From Nemertoderma westbladi (taxonomy: Eukaryota > Animalia > Xenacoelomorpha), in contig JAUCBJ010000260.1 in assembly GCA_032718475.1 (NCBI GenBank), positions 1 through 59,653 of the forward strand: 59,653 nt of DNA. The letters run 5' to 3'. Position numbers and translations under genes: made by a program. This document shows, piece by piece, positions 36,911-46,664 of the stretch. Below the pieces are notes generated by a model. That model searched no databases. It worked only from the letters and a program-made list of their open reading frames with translations, and had not been told where the DNA came from. The stretch's first letter is position 1. Each line of letters starts with the position of its first letter.

Positions 36911-39900
36911 ATGTCTGACACTCAGCAAAACCTGTCAGACAGTCTGATCGATACAACTATCTGTGATTCAGATAGGAGTGTGGAGCGAATAAGAAAGGAG
37001 TTCGGCTCACCTCCTACTGTAAAAAAGGTCATCCCTCCAGTAGTATCAGACCCTAGGCTAGTCCACCATAGGTCCATCATAGGCACTCGGGCACAGGTAA
37101 AACGGGACCAAGAGGCAGTTGTCCTATCGCAGCAACATCTTGGTCAAGAACCTACTTCCCAGCGACCCGATAGCTCCAGCAGTTCGGATACTGTAGAGCT
37201 GACTCCCGAACATGGAGTGCAGATGGCTGATACAGTCTACTCAGACCCCCTTCTTACTCTTCCTGCTGCAGTGCTAACTACTATATTCATTGCGGTGGAG
37301 GAACATCAAGCCGACTGGGCGAAGAATAAGCGAGCGACCCAAGATAATTACGCGGGATACGCCAGGGAAGAATTGATATCTATTGTTGAATCACAATGGA
37401 ACTTTCCCGGACTCGGACTTCCGTTGGATCTGTCCGAGGCTACTTGGGAAGATATACACAGGATGGGAGTGGCTAAAGATACAATGGATCCAGCTGTTTG
37501 GAAGAGGTCAGCAGCAGGATATGTGCAGGGATTCTTCGGATCCTTGGATCGATTGGAAGAACAACTGTTTCGACAACCTCACGGACCTCAAGAGCAGGAA
37601 GAGCTGCTATATCAAATACGCGAAAGAACCCTACGCATACGACTAATCCTCTCAGCCTTTGAGGAAACTTCCAAAAGAAGACAGGACACGTCGCTGCAGG
37701 TTGCTGTCAAAACTTGGCTACATCGGGTAGATCTCAAAGTACAGGAAACGGCCCAGTGGAAATCCCAGCTGGCTGAGAGATCAACCTATGAAGAACCAAC
37801 TGATGTCACCCTTTCTCAAGCGGAAAGCGAAGAGGCCGCCGAGAAACCGCGAACTAGAGACGCTATCGACATTTATTTGTCCGACTATCAGCGATTCCTA
37901 GGAGACGAAGAGTTGAGGAGACGGCTGTCTGGACTTTCCCCTAATAGTGAAGGAACCAAGCTTGTGTTGGACTCAATCGATGCCGAAATGTTAGCTGCAA
38001 ACCAAGCTGAATGTGATGAAAAACTCCGCCTCACTAGAGTCCGAGAAGAACAAATAAAGAAAAGAAGGATAGAGGAACAAAAGGCGGCGGCTATGGCAGA
38101 AGCAGAAGTAGAAAGAAAGGCAGCGGCGGCAGATGCAGAAGCAGAAAGAAAGACAGCGGCGGCAGATGCAGAAGCAGAAAGAAAAGCAGCGGCGGCAGAT
38201 GCAGAAGCAGAAAGAAAGGCAGCGGCGGCAGATGCAGAAGCAGAAAGAAAAGCAGCAAAGGCAGTGGCAGAAGCAGAAAGGAGAGCATCTGAGCAGACTA
38301 CCCAACTGGAGTTGGAAAATCTGCAAGAGACACAAGACAGTATAAATAAACAGTTTACTGCTAATCAAATGCAGATGATGAGAAAATCTACTCCCAAGCG
38401 CCAGGGATACACATCCTCGGAGGAAGGCGAGACCACCGATCCTGAAGGCGGAGGAAATAGATCTCATCTAAGTAGGCGTAGAAAAACATCTTACCGTCGC
38501 AAATTGCCTAATTTGCCCCCAGCTGTTAAAAGACAGCTAACTAGCACAGACTTAGCGAGTGCAGAACCCATAGAACAATTTATCCAGGTCAAAAGACTCC
38601 CTACTATAGTCGATGAACCTGAAATAATTAGGCCTGTTGTTCCCAAAGTCACTTCTGTGCTAGAGACCCCTGCACTTCCAGAGCTTAACTCTAAATTCCC
38701 TTTACATAGTACTACACTGCCTGTACCCGGTGGAACAGTCCAAGAGAATACTCCTGTCCAGATAGCAGAGAGAGAAATCAATAATTTGTCTCCCGTCGTC
38801 CCGCGTCAGCCCGCTACTATGTTGGCGACTCCCGCTTCGGCGGTTGAGTGGGTGGAAGAGGGACGGCGGGGGATGAATCTCCTGCTGGGACAGATGCAGG
38901 AGACTGTCCACCAACTTAAGGGAACAGTGAGGGAAGGTAGAGCAGAGTTGCGGGAGGTGCAGCGGAGTGTCGCGCTAGAACGCGACAAATTAGTCAATAT
39001 CCAAAAGGGCATACCAATACCCCCTGTAACATTGTGTCAACCTGTTAGGTCTGAAGTATTACATGCGCAAGGTGTGGAGCCTACACGCATCTATACTGCT
39101 AGTGAAGTTGAAACTCCTATAGCAAACCCTATTAAGGGTGATTATAGACCTGTTATTAATGATATTCCCTATAGACCTGATAATGATCCGAGAAATTTAT
39201 ATACCGATAATTCGATATTAAATAACACGATGGCCCAAGAAAGCTTTACGCGTCAGATGGCTAGAACAGAAGCCCGCCAAGCGGTCAAAGTGGGAGAGAT
39301 CGTCAAATTCAATGGAGATGAGATGAAATGGTTACCTTTCAACGAATATTACAAAGATAGCATACAGAATTCTGTACTATCTAACGGAGAGAAACTTAGA
39401 TTCCTCATCAAATGTTTGGAAGGACCTCCCAAGTTAATGGCGTTAAAGTTTATTGGACATCCAGAAGGATTAAGACAAGTTTGGGATACATTAAACATCA
39501 GGTATGGTAACAAGGATAACATAGCTAAGTATTTGTACGCAAAATTAGTAGCCCCCCGACACTTCCTTAGTAGTGGGATTATAGAGTTTTCCGATGAAAT
39601 TCAAGAGATCTGTAGACAACTGGACTGGTTAGGTAAGTCGCACGAATACCAGAGTTCCATGGTTATTGGAGCCGTAGTCTCTACTTTACCAAAGGGTGGA
39701 GTATGTACACGCTGGGACAAGAAAGTGTTGTACATGAATGAACAACAACGACGAAGTCCTACCATGGCTGATCTCATGTCTTTCTTAGATGGTGAAGTCA
39801 AACTACAACTCATCAAGCAGTCCAGAGAGAAAACATCGGAAAATAAGGTAAGTGAGAAACCCACTTCTAGGAGAAGAGTAACACCGGTGTGTTACACTGA

Positions 39901-41122
39901 CGACGGCGAAAGCCAAGCTTCCCAAGAAGAGGACAGCGGGAAAGATACAGACCGATCGTATTATGTTGACAAAACCTCCAAGGACGTAAGTAAATACAAA
40001 GCTCGAACCAATAATAGGAGAGAACAAGTTACTAAGACCCCTCCTCAGTCTCCTAGCAGAATGCGCGGAAGAAAGCCCGAAGAAAGAACGAGAGTGCATC
40101 AGACTACCCAAGGTAAAGTAAGTAACATAAAACCTAACTGTGCGCTGTGCGACGGGACCCACCGCTTGAGTGCGTGTGCGGAATTTCTAAAGAAATCCCT
40201 TGTAGACAGACGTACAGTTGTGTGGGACAAGCGGTTATGCTATAATTGCCTCAGACCAGGACACCAACGGCGAACCTGTTACTCCGACATAAAGTGTGAA
40301 AAGTGTGGTGCGAAACATCACATCTTGTTACATAGTGAGTTCGAACGAGACAAGCCGAGTCAGGTAAGTGAGTCCGAACTTCATGTCCAATTCAGTGATG
40401 TAAACGACACTGATCAGGAGTCTGAGATGGAAGGATTCTATACTGACGAATTCTCCGACGCCAATGAATCCTGTTATCTAATAAACACCACGGTGTATCG
40501 AGCACTTACTTACGAAAAGGACATCAACGAGGAGTTTCCCCCTACTACTTTTACCAAACAATCATCTTGGAAAGCTCCAACTTCCAACGTAGGAATCAGA
40601 GAATTTCCTGTAGTTCAGGTAAGAGTTCACGGTATTAACAAAAGCTACATAGTGAACGCCCTACTTGACTCAGGCAGCACAGGAACATTCATCGATCAAG
40701 AGCTAGCCGAAGATATCTTTGCTGGACAACCCAAGTTCCGGACTAAATTGAATATGTCAGGAATTATGCAGGTTTGGAAATCTACCCTGACGGCAGATTA
40801 CTATGTAGGTGTGTTGTCCACCCCCCAGGATAAGTTAGGAACACAAGGTGTAAGGTCAGTAAAAATGGTGGCTATAAAGAACTTCGCTACTACCCAAGCA
40901 GACCTTTATAATTGGGACGAGGATGAGAGCATCCAACATCTTAAGATACCTCGATTCCAGACAGATTATCCTGGAGTGCAAATACTCATCGGCCAAAACG
41001 CACACGAAGCGCTTGAGACATTGGAGAAACGGCCTGCTCAACCACAGCCACTGCAAACTTATGCGGTAAGAACTAGAGTAGGTTGGTACTTTACTGGCCC
41101 TTCCCGTAGAACTCTAGAATAG
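36911..41122 (+). CDS. gag: BEL/Pao Gag-protease
   Basis: Long N-terminal coiled-coil extension with AEAERKAAAAD repeats, capsid-like region, three CCHC/CCHH knuckles, LLDSGS protease. Ends at a TAG in frame with pol. Confidence 0.95.
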   Translation: MSDTQQNLSDSLIDTTICDSDRSVERIRKEFGSPPTVKKVIPPVVSDPRLVHHRSIIGTRAQVKRDQEAVVLSQQHLGQEPTSQRPDSSSSSDTVELTPEHGVQMADTVYSDPLLTLPAAVLTTIFIAVEEHQADWAKNKRATQDNYAGYAREELISIVESQWNFPGLGLPLDLSEATWEDIHRMGVAKDTMDPAVWKRSAAGYVQGFFGSLDRLEEQLFRQPHGPQEQEELLYQIRERTLRIRLILSAFEETSKRRQDTSLQVAVKTWLHRVDLKVQETAQWKSQLAERSTYEEPTDVTLSQAESEEAAEKPRTRDAIDIYLSDYQRFLGDEELRRRLSGLSPNSEGTKLVLDSIDAEMLAANQAECDEKLRLTRVREEQIKKRRIEEQKAAAMAEAEVERKAAAADAEAERKTAAADAEAERKAAAADAEAERKAAAADAEAERKAAKAVAEAERRASEQTTQLELENLQETQDSINKQFTANQMQMMRKSTPKRQGYTSSEEGETTDPEGGGNRSHLSRRRKTSYRRKLPNLPPAVKRQLTSTDLASAEPIEQFIQVKRLPTIVDEPEIIRPVVPKVTSVLETPALPELNSKFPLHSTTLPVPGGTVQENTPVQIAEREINNLSPVVPRQPATMLATPASAVEWVEEGRRGMNLLLGQMQETVHQLKGTVREGRAELREVQRSVALERDKLVNIQKGIPIPPVTLCQPVRSEVLHAQGVEPTRIYTASEVETPIANPIKGDYRPVINDIPYRPDNDPRNLYTDNSILNNTMAQESFTRQMARTEARQAVKVGEIVKFNGDEMKWLPFNEYYKDSIQNSVLSNGEKLRFLIKCLEGPPKLMALKFIGHPEGLRQVWDTLNIRYGNKDNIAKYLYAKLVAPRHFLSSGIIEFSDEIQEICRQLDWLGKSHEYQSSMVIGAVVSTLPKGGVCTRWDKKVLYMNEQQRRSPTMADLMSFLDGEVKLQLIKQSREKTSENKVSEKPTSRRRVTPVCYTDDGESQASQEEDSGKDTDRSYYVDKTSKDVSKYKARTNNRREQVTKTPPQSPSRMRGRKPEERTRVHQTTQGKVSNIKPNCALCDGTHRLSACAEFLKKSLVDRRTVVWDKRLCYNCLRPGHQRRTCYSDIKCEKCGAKHHILLHSEFERDKPSQVSESELHVQFSDVNDTDQESEMEGFYTDEFSDANESCYLINTTVYRALTYEKDINEEFPPTTFTKQSSWKAPTSNVGIREFPVVQVRVHGINKSYIVNALLDSGSTGTFIDQELAEDIFAGQPKFRTKLNMSGIMQVWKSTLTADYYVGVLSTPQDKLGTQGVRSVKMVAIKNFATTQADLYNWDEDESIQHLKIPRFQTDYPGVQILIGQNAHEALETLEKRPAQPQPLQTYAVRTRVGWYFTGPSRRTLE

Positions 41123-41125
41123 AGA

Positions 41126-44100
41126 ATGCCCCACGAACAAATATATCAGGTAAGTGATTGGGAAGAGGAAAGCAGTGAGGTGGACGAACTAACTGAGGGA
41201 ACACCATACTCCTCGGATAATGACGACATCTACCAACTCTTCGAAGAAGAGAACACAATTGACCTACTTACCGAAAACCAAACTTGGAAAAACCAAACGA
41301 ACCTATGTCAACTGATTCGCCCAACGGAATCCACTATTTATAATGACGAACTTAATGACGAGGTAGAGCGCTACAACGCTAGAACTCGGGACGAACTCGC
41401 CGTACGATTCTTTACCCAAGAATTGGTAGAACCCAATTCATACGACAAAGCCCTGTCGATAGAAGAAGAAAGAGCCAAGCAAATCCAGGAAACAACCACA
41501 CGTTTTTTAAAAGATCAAGGTAGATATGAAATCGGACTACCCTTCCGAAAACGTGAACCCAGATTTATAAATAACAGACCCTTGGCTGAGAAAAGAATCA
41601 ATCAATTACATCGACGTCTTACGGCAAACGCTTCAGCTAAGGAAATGTACCAAACTCAGTTGAAGAAATTTATCACAAAGGGATATGCGGAGCGAGTACC
41701 GGAAGGAACTCCAATAACTGAAAGGACTTATTATCTAACACATCATTATGTTCCCAAACCCGGTAAACCCCATGAAGTACGGGTTGTATTTGATGGCTCC
41801 GCCCTATATATGGGCCAATCCCTTAATTCAGAGTTGTTACCAGGACCCAACTTGCTCCAATCTTTGTTGGGGATACTGTTGAGATTAAGACAATATTCCA
41901 TCGCGTTCGCCTCCGATATAGAAGGAATATTCCTACAAGTCAAGGCGTTGGATCGTGATAGAGACAGCCTAAGATTCCTGTGGTGGCCTGAAGGAGATCT
42001 CAACCAGAAACCGGTAGAGTACTGGATGACCATACAGGCCTTTGGGATTATATCAAGCCCTTCAAACGCCTGCTCAGTGGTCCGTACCACTGCGGATGAC
42101 AACCGGGATGCCTTCTCTAAAGAGGTGATAGATAACATCAAACGAGACATATACATGGACGACAATTTAAAGTCCCTTCCATCAGTAAAGGAAGCCATTG
42201 ATGTCGCGAAAGGAACGGTTGAGTGTTTGAAAAGAGGTGGATTTCGATTGACGAAGTTCACCAGCAACTCCCGTGAGTTTCTGGAAGCAATATCTATAGA
42301 AGACCGGGGATCAAAAGATCTCGACTTAATATATGACGATCTTCCGGAAACCAAGACGCTTGGCTTGAAGTGGGACACAGAAAGAGATATCCTGTTTTTT
42401 CAATTAAAACAGCGAGATAATCCAGTTCGGACCAAACGGATTTGTTTAAGTATTCTGAGCACTTATTTCGATCCCTTGGGATTTATTAGCCCAGTTATAT
42501 TGATTGCTCGGAGTTTAGTCCAACAAATGTGGCTGGAAAACCACTCGTGGGACGATCCACTCAAGGGAGAACTATTAAAGAAATGGATGAAATGGGAGGA
42601 TTCGCTACCTGCCATCGAGAACTTTATAATTTCCCGTTCATATTTTGGTCATGTTCTCCCTACGTATTCCTATCAACTCCATGTATTTGGAGATGCCAGC
42701 GATATGGGGATCGGTATAGTAACATATCTGCGAGTCGAAACTCCGGATGGAATCAAAGTTGCCTTGGTTACCTCTAAGGCATTGATTAACAACAAGCTTA
42801 AGGTTCCTCGGGCGGAGTTAAAAGCAGCATTATACGCTACCGCTATCGGACGGAATGTAACAGAACAGATCGATTATCCACTGGAGAAAACTGTTTATTG
42901 GACCGACGCTTTACTTGTATTGGAATATATAACGAATGAAGTCTGTCAGTTCAGCGTCTTTGTTACTAACAGAGTGGCCATTATTCTTAGTCGCACAACG
43001 ATAGATCAATGGAGACATTGCCCTGGTACGATTAACCCAGCTGACATCGCCTCCAGAGGAGCAACTCCACAGGAACTGATAGATACCCCTGACTGGTTGG
43101 GTGGACCCGACTTCTTGAGCAAGGAAGAGGATGAATGGCCTCCTCACCTTACTACGGCTGAGATTAGACAAGCCAAGGGAGCGGAGAAAGTCAAACCCAA
43201 AATTCGGACAAGTAAATCGAAGTTATTTAAACCGACAATCGACCTATCTGTATTACATACTGCCGAGAACGATACTTCGGATCCACAATCCCTCGCCACA
43301 AACAAATCTGTTGTGGAAATTAGAGACAGAGATTGGAAATCTGAGATACCAGACGTCTCGCAAGGAATCTCACCCCTGCTGCAGAGAGCACTGCATCATT
43401 ACAGTTCCTGGAATCGTCTCTGTAAAGCTATCACATACTTAAAGAGATGTTTTCACCATCATTACTCCAGGAAGAAGACCACTAGTGATCCTGCTCCGGT
43501 AACATCTGCGCAAGTTCATGTTATTAAAGATCTACCTAAGTACAAGATATCAGACCGGTTTCTAAAAGAGAAGATCAGCTACCAGGAGCATGAAGAAACT
43601 AATAAGCAGATACTGAGACTCTTGCAATGCTATGAGGATTCCGATAGGTACTTTCTGTTGTTGAGAAATCCGCAGATGCGCTTAAGGGATCGCTTCTCTA
43701 GCACAATGATAGATGGGTTAATACGTGTTGGAGGAAGGCTTACAAACGCCCCATTATCCTTTGATACTAAATTCCCTATACTCATTAGTAATCTTGAAGT
43801 ACAAATCAAGATGATTGTAGATGTTCACAGTAAATTGTATCATGCTGGTAGAGAACGAGTTCTTAGCGAGATTCGAACCCGCTATTATTTTCATAAACCA
43901 CGTAGAGCTCTGAATCAAGTTCTTAGGAACTGCATACCTTGTAGGAAAGTATTCAGTAGGCCTTTAACACAGCGAGAGGCAGAATTACCTAGGGAACGAG
44001 TAAGCTTTTATGAACCACCCTTTACTAATACTGGTGTGGATTTATTTGGCCCTATTGAAGTATATCGTGCTAGAACTATAATCAAGAGATGGTGTGTAAT

Positions 44101-45037
44101 CTTTGTCTGCATGACTTGTAGAGCTATCCATCTCGATATGGTGAATGATCTATCTACTAACAGCTTCGTCTTATGTTTACGACGACAGATCGCTCGTTTC
44201 GGCACTAGCAATACGATGAGATCCGATAAGGGAACGAACTTCATTGGTGCTAACAACGAAATTCAGGCTTACGTAAAGGACTGGAATCAAAGACAGGTGG
44301 ATGACCAGCTACGGATAACGGCGTCTAGCTGGACCTTTAACGCCGCCGATGCCCCTTGGTGGGGAGGAAGTTGGGAGAGATTAATTCGAAGTGTCAAGAC
44401 CGCATTTCACTTTATAGTGCCGTGCCGCGCATATCTCACCGACGAACTTCTACGGACGTTAATGGAAGAAATCGCTGCCTATCTTAACGAGAGACCGCTT
44501 ATGCCAGTCTCATCGAGTATCGACTCCCTGGAAGCGCTAACACCCGCGCACTTCCTACTTAAGAAACCTGTAGCCATGCTCCCACAATCCGAGATTGCCG
44601 ATGGAGATGAATACTGTCGTCGAACTTGGCAGCTTATGCAGTTGCTATCCCGTCGTTTCGCTGACCATTTTGAGAAACATTATCTGCCCACGCTACAACT
44701 TCGAACTAAGTGGTTTGCGCAGCAGGAAAATGTCAGCGCCGGAGACATGGTCCTTATTGTAGATCCGGACCTCCCACGTAGACGGTGGCAGATCGGTCGT
44801 ATCATCGAGACGCATATCTCGGAGGATGGTCTAGTGCGCTCAGTAGAACTCGTCGTAATGCGGCGTAACTTCAAGAAACCCGGGATAATCTTTGAGACGC
44901 AACAACTCAATCGCCCAGTTGGTCGCTTATGTTTGCTGGAAAGAGACAGGGAACTCTCCGGAAACTATGGAAGACAAGACACTCTTCCCACGACCACCTC
45001 CCTAATACCTCAAACATTTAGGGGCTCTTCAACGTAG
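41126..45037 (+). CDS. pol: BEL/Pao Pol (RT, RNase H, integrase)
   Basis: RVVFDGS, SDIEGIFLQV, YMDD; VFGDAS, PRAEL, WTDA, NPAD; H..H..CIPC, GVDLFGP, SDKGTNF, WERLIRSVK. Confidence 0.97.
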   Translation: MPHEQIYQVSDWEEESSEVDELTEGTPYSSDNDDIYQLFEEENTIDLLTENQTWKNQTNLCQLIRPTESTIYNDELNDEVERYNARTRDELAVRFFTQELVEPNSYDKALSIEEERAKQIQETTTRFLKDQGRYEIGLPFRKREPRFINNRPLAEKRINQLHRRLTANASAKEMYQTQLKKFITKGYAERVPEGTPITERTYYLTHHYVPKPGKPHEVRVVFDGSALYMGQSLNSELLPGPNLLQSLLGILLRLRQYSIAFASDIEGIFLQVKALDRDRDSLRFLWWPEGDLNQKPVEYWMTIQAFGIISSPSNACSVVRTTADDNRDAFSKEVIDNIKRDIYMDDNLKSLPSVKEAIDVAKGTVECLKRGGFRLTKFTSNSREFLEAISIEDRGSKDLDLIYDDLPETKTLGLKWDTERDILFFQLKQRDNPVRTKRICLSILSTYFDPLGFISPVILIARSLVQQMWLENHSWDDPLKGELLKKWMKWEDSLPAIENFIISRSYFGHVLPTYSYQLHVFGDASDMGIGIVTYLRVETPDGIKVALVTSKALINNKLKVPRAELKAALYATAIGRNVTEQIDYPLEKTVYWTDALLVLEYITNEVCQFSVFVTNRVAIILSRTTIDQWRHCPGTINPADIASRGATPQELIDTPDWLGGPDFLSKEEDEWPPHLTTAEIRQAKGAEKVKPKIRTSKSKLFKPTIDLSVLHTAENDTSDPQSLATNKSVVEIRDRDWKSEIPDVSQGISPLLQRALHHYSSWNRLCKAITYLKRCFHHHYSRKKTTSDPAPVTSAQVHVIKDLPKYKISDRFLKEKISYQEHEETNKQILRLLQCYEDSDRYFLLLRNPQMRLRDRFSSTMIDGLIRVGGRLTNAPLSFDTKFPILISNLEVQIKMIVDVHSKLYHAGRERVLSEIRTRYYFHKPRRALNQVLRNCIPCRKVFSRPLTQREAELPRERVSFYEPPFTNTGVDLFGPIEVYRARTIIKRWCVIFVCMTCRAIHLDMVNDLSTNSFVLCLRRQIARFGTSNTMRSDKGTNFIGANNEIQAYVKDWNQRQVDDQLRITASSWTFNAADAPWWGGSWERLIRSVKTAFHFIVPCRAYLTDELLRTLMEEIAAYLNERPLMPVSSSIDSLEALTPAHFLLKKPVAMLPQSEIADGDEYCRRTWQLMQLLSRRFADHFEKHYLPTLQLRTKWFAQQENVSAGDMVLIVDPDLPRRRWQIGRIIETHISEDGLVRSVELVVMRRNFKKPGIIFETQQLNRPVGRLCLLERDRELSGNYGRQDTLPTTTSLIPQTFRGSST

Positions 45038-46664
45038 CACGTCTGGAGTGGGTGTATGTCTATGTTATTTTATCTGTTTTTATTACATTTTTATATGTAA
45101 ATGTTATTATGTACGTTATTATAATCGTTTTTATTTAATTTTATTTAGTAAAAGGTTATTTTTAGAATATTTAGTAAATTAGTGTAATATATTAGTGTTT
45201 ATTACGTATTTAATTACTTATAATATATTTATTGCGACGGCAAGAAATAATTATTTTTCTCTTTCCTTACTGTCCGTATTATATTATAAATGCGAGACTA
45301 TAGTAAGATGACATGTCAGTACTTCTTAAAGTACAATAAAGCCACTACTATATTTAAGTATTATTGCAATATTGGTAGGCAGAGTATTAGGAATGCAAAG
45401 TTCAGATCCTCGTGTCTCGGCTAAACCAAGCTCTGGGTAGACCTTGGAAACGACTTGCCTCTTCACACTGACATTGCTTCGTGCGATATTGCTCTTCTCC
45501 TTATAACAAATAATACATATAGTAGCGTGATGTCCCTCTAACAGTAGCGTAAATCGCAAATAAATCTGTTAAACTTTTGACCATCTGTAATTCTAGTCGA
45601 TTAAGATATCGTGGCACCCACCGATATACTTGAAAGACAAATTCTAGAATCAGTGGTTAACGTCCCCAGACAAGTTCTGGAATAAATCGGTGCCCATCCT
45701 AAATATTAATTTAATATTTATTAAAATCTGTAAAATTCAGATCCGTTAACAATTCTAGTCGATTAAGATATCGTAGCACTTACCGATACTCTTAAAAGAC
45801 AAATTTCATAGAATTAAGGATCCTATGTCCCCAGACCTGCTCTGGAATCAAATTGTGTCAATTTTAACATCAAATAATAAAATTCACGGGAATAAATTTA
45901 AATTCATATTCGAATGAATTTCATAAATTGTCATTTTGTGCAATTTACAACATTCCCAAAATTCCAGTAATTAATAGATCATGGGAGCGGAGATTCATAT
46001 TGAGTGTACTAGAGTGCGAGAATCTCCAATATATAGTCAATAGCCGATAAAATTTATAAAATCAGGCATAAAGAGAAGATTGACAATTAAAGAATTACTA
46101 TTAAATAACATCCCAGATCTGTATACATGAGAATTGCCCTAATTCTACCGCTAGTTTTCCATAATGTCACCATGGCAACACCCACGCTAGAATTAGAAGC
46201 AAGTTAAAGGAACAATAAAAGGCTTGCCCCATTGCATAGCCTAAGAGGATACATAGCGCACTATTAGTATCCAAGGATACATAGTAATAACGTGACATTC
46301 TGGAAGACACTGACTAACGGACAAATGGCATGCATGTGTGCAGTAAGTAATGATTGTATGGAATTTGTGCGTTTATAGGTGAATGTTACTACTAAAGTGT
46401 GTTTACAGTAGCTAATCGCAATTGTAAAGTAGCCCTAACTCTACCGAGATAACCTCAAGTGGATTCAAGCCTTTGGGACGGACAGTGGTGGGACTTGTGC
46501 CGGTTATCGTTGTCGTGCTGTTGCTACATGTTGGCGTAAACACTGCGACAACGGTACATCGGCGCTGAGAAACCCACTGTCCGGGGGCAAAGTCTAGTAG
46601 GCAGCGACGCCCGCTTGCCTAAAATATTAACTCATATTGATATTAATAAACTCAGATAGCAGAT

